DNA of 63,507 nucleotides, counting the filler, from Octopus bimaculoides (Eukaryota), in assembly GCF_001194135.2 (NCBI RefSeq). It is 8 parts of 8 records of this genome, joined end to end, with 100 filler letters (N's around TTAATTAATTAA, not from the genome) between each part and the next. Parts side by side here need not be neighbours in the genome. Positions count along the whole stretch, not along the records: positions 1 to 14,618 come from NC_068999.1; positions 14,719 to 16,976 come from NC_068985.1; positions 17,077 to 26,800 come from NC_069003.1; 5 more parts are not named here. The stretch is one strand, 5' to 3'. Under the pieces are notes generated by a model. It did not search any database. It saw nothing but the letters and a program-made list of their open reading frames with translations, and was not told the origin of the DNA. The position numbers were made by a program, and so were the translations under genes. This document shows positions 12,877 to 22,593 of this stretch, piece after piece. The first letter of the stretch is position 1. Each line of letters opens with the position of its first letter.

Positions 12877-14579
12877 AAGAGAGAGAGAGAAAGAGAGGGA
12901 GGCAGAGAGAAAGAAAGAGAGAGAGAGAGAGAATTACGACAACTTTCTAAATTGCCATAAAGTGTTTCTTGAGGCATTGCCTTGAGAGTAAATTCTGGGG
13001 ACTTTCTATTGGATACGAATCTGGAATGATTTTATAGACTTCCGATTTCATTAGGACTTGGAAATCTGTTTTGATACTCCTTGATCACATGTCACTTTCG
13101 TTGTTCCTACTTCAACCACTCTCCTATACGGCGACTAGCAAATGACCTCTGTTCTTTACAATATATTTAATCGTCACTTTGTAGTTCTGAGACTAATATA
13201 CTAGGGTAGAATTGTGTAGTTACAAGTATGGCTACCAGCTTCAGGCTGTAAAATGATTGAATGTACCACAGTTAGTGTCATAAGTTTTACCTTTTCCAAT
13301 TGAGAATTTCTTCCGACGTATTATGGAAATTTTCTTATTCTACTTGACGTAAGAGAAGATTTACTCTGCTTTTCAGTGACAGGGTGCTAATCTGAAGTTC
13401 ATGTCAGAAAGAGAGTACAAGTGGAGCTGTCTCTGTTGAATGACAGCCAAAGTCCACGAAATATAGTGATGGTTACTTTTACTCACAGTCACCTGGTAAT
13501 GGGTTTTCATAAGACTTCTCAAGTCTAGTCGCTGGCTGTTGCTGCAGCTCCTCCACGCCCCTCATGTGCTTTAGCCCGCCAGGTGAAGCGATGTACCAGG
13601 GTGTAGAACTTGCGACCAGCACATGAGAAATTAAATGAGTCGGTGAGTGCCAGTAATAACCGTCTCTCCTACTCGAGTGTTTATCACCATTCTGCTGCAG
13701 TTTGCCGCTTTATATTACAACTATTGTTTTCTGCAAAACAATATTTTTTCAGTCATCCGATCATTAAGACTCTATTGAGCTGAAAAGATTTCTACACTGG
13801 TAATTAAATTTTTAAATGATGTTAACCAAATATCAGAGACTAATATACCCGTGACCTTCACAAGTGTTCTCTGGTTGGTCAGATCGATGAGGTTTATGTT
13901 CAGATTTTACAGATGCATGTCAGCGATGGTTGAAACAAAAATAGATGTGTAAGAAAAGGGAATTACAGAGGATTCATATTCTGAGAAAGAAATATTGAAT
14001 TTAGGCGTTAGTGCAAGACCGCCAAGAGGGGACACAGAATGGCTTATGAGAGGAAAAGAAGCGAAAGTATCGGGTGGACTTCCTGGAACAACAGAAGCTT
14101 TCGTAGCCATATTAAACAAAGAGGCAACGTGTCTAGGGTAAGAGACGTTTTGGCAAAGCCGTTGTGGCGCTACTGATGTGACATTGACTTGACATCAGAC
14201 ATTTTAAAGTTTCTCACGTTTTAAAGTTTTACTCCTCCCCCTCCTCCTCCTTTCTCCTTCTCTTTCACACATTCTCGCTTTCTCCATCTTTCCCTCCTTT
14301 TTACTCTTTATTTCTCTCTCTCTCTTTCCCTTAATCTGTATGTGTGTAAGAAGAGAGTGAAAGTCAATCGTGTTCAGTATCGTTCTAATCCTTTCGTCTC
14401 ACTATTATAACGCCATTCTGGTATAGCAGTATAGATTGTTGGTCAGGTAAGACCACAACTATCGATGACCGTGTACTTCATACCCTCTACTTATACTGAC
14501 ACTGACTGACAGTATTTATAATGACTAAAACATACCACTCGTTATGTGATGGGTGTACCATCATTACTATTATCCCCAT

Positions 14580-14618
<39 letters not shown>

Positions 14619-14718
14619 NNNNNNNNNNNNNNNNNNNNNNNNNNNNNNNNNNNNNNNNNNNNTTAATTAATTAANNNNNNNNNNNNNNNNNNNNNNNNNN
14701 NNNNNNNNNNNNNNNNNN
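14619..14718. other. assembly join: 44 N + TTAATTAATTAA + 44 N (linker also at 17021, 26845, 31296, 39407, 60009, 62275)
   Basis: Identical 12-mer always centred in a ~100-nt N block; carries stop codons in all six frames. Confidence 0.95.
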
Positions 14719-14733
14719 CTATGTTAAACTTTG

Positions 14734-14770
<37 letters not shown>

Positions 14771-14836
14771 CGTGCATGCGTGTGTGTGTGTGTGTGTGTG
14801 TGTGTGCATGCATGCGTGCGTGTGTGTGTAAATATA

Positions 14837-15040
14837 AGCACAGGCATTGTTGCATGGTAAGAAGTTTGCTTCCCAACCACATATGTCTAGGTTTGGTCCT
14901 ACTGTGTGGTACTTTGGGCAAATGTCTTCTACTATAACCTTGGGCTGACCAAAGCCTTGTGGGTGGATTTGGTAGACAGAAATTGAAAGAAGCCTGCCAT
15001 GTGTGTGTGTTTGTGTTTCTACTCCACCACTCCCTCCTAT
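14837..15040 (+). mobile_element. SINE family B, 5' two-thirds
   Basis: TGGTAAGAAGTTTGCTTCCCAACCAC..GGATTTGGTAGACAGAAATTGAAAGAAGCC. Confidence 0.8.
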
Positions 15041-15180
15041 CACAATGCAGAATCATTAGAATATCAGTCAAAATGCAAGTGATATTTTGTTACAGTTTTT
15101 TACATACTAAGTTCCAAATTCTATCAATGTATACTTTGCTTCTTATCCCTTCCCAGGGGAAGGGATAAGAGGCAAAGTAT

Positions 15181-15338
15181 CAATCAAGTACACCTACCCT
15201 TCTGATCTCTAACACCTACCTTACAAATAAACACATCATTGAAATCTCAAAGCTAAGAGATAATGCATGATTAATTCAAAACATTGTGAATAAATAAACA
15301 TTACATTTGACAGAATAATCTGAATGCTAAAGGGTTAA
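15181..15338. mobile_element. one end of a TTAA-bounded (piggyBac-like) MITE
   Basis: Ends in CTGAATGCTAAAGGGTTAA (AGGG terminus plus TTAA target); opposite terminus not found. Confidence 0.45.
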
Positions 15339-15868
15339 TATTCCTATGAAGCATCCTAGACTTTGTAACCGTGAAGTTTCAGGTCCATCCTACTGCATGG
15401 CAACTTGAGAAAGCATTTTCTTCCATAGTCTCAAGCTAATAATTGAGTGGAACTAGGTAAACAGAAATTGTATGGAAACCTTCCCAACATCTCCACCAGT
15501 ACATGTATTATTGGTCACTCCATATCCACCATTCAATGTGTTTTCCCCCTTCAACCATACCCAATTTCAACAGCTGTCAACCACTCTTCCCTACTTACTT
15601 GTTCATCCCTTATATTCACCCTGTTAGACATTTCCAAACTTGAACCATCTCTCACTCTGCTATATTCTTACAACCTCTGCCCAGTAACACTTTCTGTTCT
15701 GTCCCACACAATTCTACTCAACTAATATCTTGAACAACTGGTTGGTTATATGCCCTTACCAAGGATATATTATTCAACTACATAAGATATAATCAATGAA
15801 AATTTCTTTTGGAGAGTGCTTTTTTTCTGACTTAGAAACAACTGACTGATTATATATATATAAACTCT

Positions 15869-16604
15869 AGGTAGAAACTCTATAAGATGTACCCAGTGCA
15901 AGCTATGGACACATAAGAGGTGCAGCAATATCAAAGGAAGGTTAACTAGGAAGTTAGTTTTTGTATGTGGCAGATGTTCAGGAGCAATAAACACTGAAAA
16001 TGTGCAGAAAACAACTTTGGCCACATTCCAGGGAGAAAAACTAGACGTAGTTGATAGCTTCCGCTATCTAGGGGACCAAGTTAGTGGTGAGGGAGGATGC
16101 GCTGAAAGTGTAGCTGCTAGAATAAGAATAGCCTGAGCAAAGTTCAGAGAGCTCTTACCTCTGCTGGTGACAAAGGAACTCTCACTCAGAGTAAAAGGCA
16201 GACTGTATGACGCATGTGTACGAGCAGCCATGCTACATGGCAGTGAAACATGGGCCATGACTGCTGAGGACATGCGTAAGCTCGAAAGGAATGAAGCCAG
16301 TATGCTCCGATGGATGTGTAACGTTAGTGTGCATACTCGACAGAATGTAAGTACCTTGAGAGAAAAGTTGAACCTAAGAAGCATCAGTTGTGGTGTGCAA
16401 GAGAGACTATTATGCTGGTATGGTCATGTGGTGAGAATGGATGAGGATAGCTGTGTGAAAAAGTGCCACACCCTAGCGGTTGAGCGAACCTGTGGAAGAG
16501 GCAGGCCCAGGAAGACCTAGGGTGAGGTGGGAAAGCACAGCCTCCGAACAATAGGCCTCACCGAGGCAATGACTTCTGACTGAGACCTTTGGAAATGTGC
16601 TGTG
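15869..16604 (+). pseudogene. RTE-clade LINE ORF2 C-terminal fragment, includes Cys/His finger
   Basis: One frame with three stops: GRNSIRCTQCKLWTHKRC..FVCGRC..VVDSFRYLGD..LYDACVRAAMLHGSETW..WYGHVVRM..GRGRPRKT. Confidence 0.9.
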
Positions 16605-16747
16605 CACAGCATATTCTCCTCTAGTTCCGATAGTGACTCAGCAATTAGTGCAAGGTCATCAGCATAGAGGAGCTCCCAGGGGCATCCTGTCTTGAATTCC
16701 TCTGTTATCGCCTGGAGGACTATGATAAATAGGAGACAGCTGAGGAC
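16605..16747 (-). pseudogene. RTE-clade RT catalytic fragment, inverted relative to its neighbour
   Basis: LLFIIVLQAITEEFKTGCPWELLYADDLALIAESLSELEE (YADD motif). Confidence 0.9.
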
Positions 16748-16769
16748 ATACATATATATGCATATATAT

Positions 16770-16950
16770 ATAGGGAGAATTTACGAAGAAACAACAGACG
16801 AAGACAGGTGGTATAGACAACAAATGGATGCATTAGTATCATGCTCGGGAATAGAGAAAGTCTTTAACGTTTCGAGCCTACGCTCTTCAATAGAAAGGAA
16901 CACAGAAAGAAACAAGGAGAGAAAAAAATGTGTGTAGTGGTCAGCGATCT
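16770..16950 (-). mobile_element. Penelope-like terminal-repeat sequence with degenerate hammerhead-like motif
   Basis: TA-embedded; minus strand TTGAAGA-GCGTAGGCTC-GAAA-CGTT at 16862-16897. Confidence 0.45.
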
Positions 16951-17084
16951 ATCAATGTGAATATATCAATGTGAATNNNNNNNNNNNNNNNNNNNNNNNN
17001 NNNNNNNNNNNNNNNNNNNNTTAATTAATTAANNNNNNNNNNNNNNNNNNNNNNNNNNNNNNNNNNNNNNNNNNNNTTATTTAA

Positions 17085-17140
17085 AAGCAGCAGAAATATA
17101 ACAAAAAAAACGTTATATTTTTGTTATATTTCTGCTGCTT
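17085..17140. repeat. perfect 23-bp inverted repeat with 10-nt spacer
   Basis: AAGCAGCAGAAATATAACAAAAA (17085-17107) and TTTTTGTTATATTTCTGCTGCTT (17118-17140). Confidence 0.9.
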
Positions 17141-17169
17141 ACTCCGGTATATATATATATATATATATA

Positions 17170-18061
17170 TTGGGTCACCCTATAAATAATGAGGTTTTTT
17201 TTATACATCCTTTATTTTTCAAAATTAAGATAAACAAAGTTCTTTTTTTATCTAAAATATTCTCTCCATTTTCTACAATGCTCTTCCATCTATCTGGTAG
17301 ACTTGTAAGGCTCCTCTTCCAAAATTTACTTGTCTGTGATGAAAAATGTTCCTCCAGTACTGTTCTGGCCTTGTCTACAAAATTCATATATTTTCCGTCC
17401 AAATGATTTTGAAGACTGCAGAAAGAATAACTGATAATAAGATGGGGCAATGTCCGGTGACTGTGTTGGAAGGGACATCATTTCCCATTTAAACTGCTCC
17501 AGCCTTTGGTATGTCATCCTCACTGTATGTGTCTTCAAACCAAAGATGGTCGTTTTTCTTGTAGCGCAGGTGTCGATGAATGATTGAATGACCAAATCTG
17601 AGCTTCTCTGATAGTTTCTCAACAGTTATAATGGGATTTTGTTCCATCAGGGTTGTAGAGCATCCTTGTTGAGCTCTACAAATCTTCCAGGATGAAGCTC
17701 GTCTTCTAGGCTGTAATTTCCGGCTTGGAATTTCTGGAACCACCAATGACACTGGCTTATGCTTATTGTCTGATCCCAATATACTACATTAATATTCTTT
17801 GCACTTTCTGTTGCGTTGTTGCTTTTATTGAACTCATAAAGCAAAATATGCTGAAAATGCTCCTTTGTCACTTCCATTGATGCTTTGAAAAAATAACTGC
17901 TAAAATCAAACTGCACTCTTCAAAACTTGCACTAAGAATAAGGATAAAGGTAAAATTACTACCTGCTTTTATAGCAAGTTGATGCAGGTAGTTTATTCTG
18001 TCCCTTTCCAACTTTTAGTTCATGCAACTGAAAAAGCCGCATTATTTATGGGATGACCCAA
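17170..18061 (-). mobile_element. internally deleted mariner, 892 bp, both TIRs and TA TSD
   Basis: TIRs TTGGGTCACCCTATAAATAATGAGG and CCGCATTATTTATGGGATGACCCAA flanked by TA; MEVTKEHFQHILLYEF HTH start, SPDIAP motif, SIVENGENILD* end; central part deleted. Confidence 0.9.
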
Positions 18062-18450
18062 TATATACTAATTTATAATTGTATAAAATAATTATATTAA
18101 AGGGTGCAGATAAACCCTACCAACACACTAGAAATAAATGCCAAATGACTCTAAAAACTACATGTATACTCCATTAGGCATATTGTACTGATGACAGTAG
18201 GATGTTTTTATAATGCTAAGCTAGAAATAGATTTATAATTCACTCTTATTTTCAAAATATCTTATTAATTTTTTTCAGCTACCCACTTACAACCTGTGCT
18301 AAAGGAGTATAGATGTGGTTTTTTAGAACCATTTGGCATCTATTTCTAGCATGTTGGTGGGTTTTATCCGCACTCTTTAATATAATTATAAATTAGTATA
18401 AAATGTTACCTTGATAAAATCATTAAAGTGATTTTATCCTTCATTTTATA

Positions 18451-18513
<63 letters not shown>

Positions 18514-18769
18514 TCATGGCAAAACAGTTAAGTTCATTCTCATTTTTAGTTCAATCCCAGTGCCAGGCACCTCAGGCAAGTGTCTTTTCCATAGCTCAGG
18601 AGTGAAAATGGATAGGCACAAACTGTGTGCAAGTCCATCCAATAGATTCTACAAGAAATTCAAAAGGTACAGCCTTATTGCAGACTTTTGTTATGCTGAT
18701 TCTATCAAAGAACTCTGCTAAGAGTAGGTGTTGTCTGTGGAATACGCAGTCACTTATAATACTAATTCA

Positions 18770-19613
18770 ATGAACTTGGTTGGAAATTTCGATTGAGATC
18801 CAACAACCACTTTGGTTTCAAGTGGGACTACTCCCTCCTTGAACAACTGCACAATTAAAGGTGGCCCAGGAAATCAGTTCCTAACACACTAGTTGACATT
18901 CTTTATTTTCATTAGTTCTTGATTAACATCCTTAACAAAGACCATCTTGTTTCGTCATTAGGAATGTTAATTAAGCACTAATGACATTATCAACCAGTGT
19001 TAGTGACTAGGATGTTAATTCCACACATCAGCTCAGCTGGAATACAATGCTTTTGTTTCAGCAGGTTTCACTTGAAGGTCCATGGTGTGACTGCACCTTA
19101 TTTCTGTAGATCAAGGACTACATTGTCCAATGGATGGTCATGAAGAATTCAGCGCATAACCTGTCTCATTCTTCCATCAACCATACCCATTTTGGCAGTC
19201 AGCCCCATCCTCATTCACCTTCATGTACAATCTCACACGATACAATCGTACATGACATTTTTCAATGCATTTGTTATTTAAGGCATTATTTAATACTTTT
19301 TTCATTCCTGGCCTAGTGGTTAGGGTATTGTACTCATAATATATATACCCAACATCTTAAACCTATCATATTAAATTGACAATGTCCTCTTCCTTCATTA
19401 GTGCTTAATTAATGTCCTTAATGATGAAACAACATGGACTTTATCACGGATGTTAATTGAGAACAAATGAAAGTAGACACTGTCAACCAGCATGTTAACA
19501 ACTGATTTCCTGGGCCATCTTTCATTGAGGGTTTGTTCAACGAGGGAGTAGTCCCTCTTACAACCAAAGTGGCTGTTGGATCTTAATCAAAATTTCCAAC
19601 CATAGTCGTTCAT
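18770..19613. mobile_element. inverted-repeat (fold-back/MITE-like) element, ~215-bp diverged arms
   Basis: 18770-18984 matches reverse complement of 19395-19613 (e.g. GGGACTACTCCCTC, GGCCCAGGAAATCAGTT, TTAATTAAGCACTAATGA). Confidence 0.8.
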
Positions 19614-20024
19614 AAAATAGGACCTACGACCCAATACAAAATTAGACAGCCATTAAACTTAACATGTATAAAATCATAATAATTAAAAATAAACCAGATC
19701 ATATATTTGATTCTGAGACTGGGAAGTGTGTAGTGTCCTTGAGCAACAAAACACTTCATTTCACGTAGCTCTAGTGCTGTGTGGGGGCCAGCAAGTCAAA
19801 GAACAGACCCAACACTTCCTCTGCATACCATAAAAGGCAACGAAAAGAGGTTGAAGTAGGATTTGCACTCCCACCTCATAAAACCCTCATCAGTAATAAC
19901 TACCTAAACAAACCCATGGGTTGGAGGGATGTTGCTCGAGTGATGCAGAGGCTTTCATCTGCCAGGAGTAGGAGGGAATCACTGCAATGACATGCTGTTA
20001 GCAGAGCATGCCCTCATACTACTA

Positions 20025-20226
20025 TGAGCTGGCAGAGTTGTTAGCATGCCAGGCGAAATGCTTAGTGGTACTTCATCTGTCTTTACATTCTGAGTTCAAA
20101 TTCCACCAAGGTCGACTTTGCCTTTCATCCTTTCGGGGTTGATAAATTAAGTACCAGTTGAGTAATGGAGTCAATGTAATCGACTGGCCCCTCCACCAAA
20201 ACTTCAGGCTTTGTGCCTTTAGTAGA
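20025..20226 (+). mobile_element. SINE family A
   Basis: Close to family A consensus. Confidence 0.85.
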
Positions 20227-20234
20227 CAGGATAG

Positions 20235-20470
20235 TTATTACCTCCACCTTAATGAAGGCAAAGGTATTGTTTTCAGTTGTGTGGACAAGATATCTCAAGA
20301 ACTGCTGGATGGAATCAGATGAAACTTTCAGGGATGTTTGCCCTCACGACTGGCATGAACTGATTAAATTTTGGGATCAATCCAGTACCGGTCTTTTAAC
20401 TTAATTTTTGAGAGCAGTCGGGTTCATTTTTAGTATTCTCATTTGTAAGAGCAGCCGAGTCTATTTCATT
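20235..20470 (+). mobile_element. probable Helentron-associated (HINE/DINE-1-like) non-autonomous element
   Basis: Begins TTATTACCTCC..GGCAAAGGTATTGTTTTCAG, then GATGGAATCAGATGAAACTT, resembling HINE 5' ends. Confidence 0.45.
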
Positions 20471-20639
20471 ATTATTATTTAAGGTCAAATTCTACCGAGG
20501 TTGACTTAGCCTTTCATCTTTCGAGGTTGATAAAATAAGTATCAGTTGAGTACTAGGGTCGATGTAATTGACTCATCCCCTCACCCAAAATTGCTGCCCT
20601 TGTGGCAAAATTTCAAATCATCATCATTATTATCATTAT

Positions 20640-20856
20640 ACTACTATCTCGGAGTGGACTACACTCTCGGAGTGGACTACTCTCTCGGAGTGGACTACAC
20701 TCTCGGAGTGGTTGGCATTAGGAAGGTCATCCAGCTGTACAAACTCTGCCAAATCAGATTGGAGCCTGGTGCAGCCTTCTGGCTTGCCAGTCCTCAGTCA
20801 AATCGTCCAACCCATGCTAGCATGGAAAGCGGACGTTAAACGATGATGATGATGAT
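20640..20856 (+). mobile_element. very short RTE-type LINE 3' end with (GAT)n tail and 4 x 18-bp repeat at its 5' junction
   Basis: GGTTGGCATTAGGAAGGTCATCCAGCTG..GCATGGAAAGCGGACGTTAAACGATGATGAT; units of ACTAC(A/T)(C/A)T-CTCGGAGTGG at 20640-20711. Confidence 0.75.
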
Positions 20857-21579
20857 TCCTGAATGATCAGGTTATCAGATACATGTAAGTGCACTGATAT
20901 TAATAGCAACTGTTCAGAGGTGTGTTGTGACAGGAATCACAAATGTTACGCATGAATAATGTTCATTAGGTTATCTGGTAGTGCTATAGCAATCATTTAG
21001 AGATGAGGGATGGTAGGAGCCAACATTCTTAACCATCGACAACTTACACTTAATCTAAACATTCTAGTGACTTCTAATGATGCTCTGATAGTTGTGATGT
21101 ACCAATAATCTTCTGTCTTTTATCTTTTACTTGCTTTAGTCATTAGACTGCAGCCATGCTGGGGCACCAACATGAGGAACTCTTTTTAGCCAAATGTACT
21201 GACCCAGTACTTTTTTTAACTTTAAAGCCACATACTTATTTTATTGGTCTCTCTTGCCAAACTAAGTCACGGGGCCGTAAACACACGAACACTGGTTGTC
21301 ACATGGTGGCGGAGTACAAACACAAAGACAAATACACATAGATATATATACATATATATATATATATACATACATACAAATATATATATACATATATATA
21401 TATCAAAGATATATATATCAAAGATATATATACATACATGTTTTTCATCTTTTATATATATATACATACATCTTTTATATATATACAGACATGTTTTTCA
21501 TCTTTTATTTTCGACTTGTTTCAGTCATAGAACTGCTGCCATGCTGGGGCACCACCTCAGAAGATTTAGTTAAATAATT

Positions 21580-22120
21580 GGACTATAGCAGCACTACCTG
21601 GGTTTCCCCATCTCAATAACAAAGAACATTGACACACAGGTATCTTATCTGATAAGCAGGAAGAAATAATCAAAATACTATAGGAACAATACATTACATC
21701 ATGGCTATTGCAGTCCTACCTGAGTTTTTCCACCTCAATAACAAAGAACATTGACACACAGGTATCTTATATGATAAACAGGTAGAAACAACCACAATGC
21801 TGTGGGAACAATACATTACATCATGGCTATTGTAGTCCTACCTGGGTTTATCCACTTCAATAATGAAAAACATTAAACAGCACAATTTAACACAATATTA
21901 CATGAACAATACATTAGATCCTGGACTATTGTAGTCCTACCTGGGATTTTTCACCTCAATAACAAATAACATTAAATAGCACACTGTTTAATGCACAAAT
22001 ATGATTTGGTCAATAAGGAACGCCAACACTGGTGCATGAAAAATATGTTATATCTTTCTATCATGGACTTATAGTAATCCTACCTGTGTTGTTTTTCCTC
22101 ACAATAAACCACAATACATT
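21580..22120. repeat. degenerate tandem array, ~50-bp conserved core x5 with variable periods
   Basis: GG(A)CTATTGTAGTCCTACCTGGG..CACCTCAATAACAAA core at 21580, 21703, 21825, 21923, 22065. Confidence 0.85.
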
Positions 22121-22332
22121 AGAAAGAGTACAAAACTGTGCAGTGCCAGACTCAGAGACCATTAACACATACAGAATAAAAATATGGAAAGTGAAAGACC
22201 TGTTGGACTTGCATAGGACATATTTTGTTGTTGCTACAATTGTTCATACTCTGCCCACCACCATCTCCGTCATCTGTAGACACCCAGAAACACTTATAAC
22301 CACACCACATAACACTATGAGTCCTCCTGAAA

Positions 22333-22485
22333 GGCTGTGTGGTAAGAAGGTTGCTTCACAACCATATGGCTCCAGGTTCAGTCCCACTGTGTGACACCTT
22401 GGACAAGTGTCTTCCACTATGGCCTCAGGCTGACCAAAGCGATGTGAGTGGATTTGGTAGATGGAAATGGAAAAAGCCTGTTGTA
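22333..22485 (+). mobile_element. SINE family B, 5' half (3' half at 24115-24340)
   Basis: Consensus stops at the central TA tract and resumes after the Tc1 element. Confidence 0.8.
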
Positions 22486-22590
22486 GGAGGAGGTGCTGAA
22501 AAGTTCCTGGTTTTAGGGGTATCACAAAAAGCCTAGTTGGAGGCCCAACCATCTGCGTTCTTTTACAGGACTTAGAAAAACTGAAGGACC
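22486..22590 (+). mobile_element. truncated mariner-derived MITE fragment
   Basis: After TA begins GGAGG..GTGCTGAAAAGTTCCTGG (mariner-type TIR); right half absent. Confidence 0.6.
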
Positions 22591-22593
22591 CAA

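Noticed and set aside
13481-13680. GC-richer segment resembling a LINE 5' region or exon
   Set aside because: No diagnostic motif or open frame with both splice sites
13907-14119. Cadherin-like peptide on the minus strand (PKF..Y..TSIFV)
   Set aside because: Motif spacing is wrong, no DxNDN/DxD motifs; likely the antisense shadow of a purine-rich plus frame
14663-14674. TTAATTAATTAA palindrome recurring seven times
   Set aside because: Always centred in a ~100-nt N block; an assembly linker, not biology
21580-22120. CRISPR array
   Set aside because: Eukaryotic context, repeats too diverged, spacers long and mutually related, no cas genes; kept only as a tandem-repeat finding
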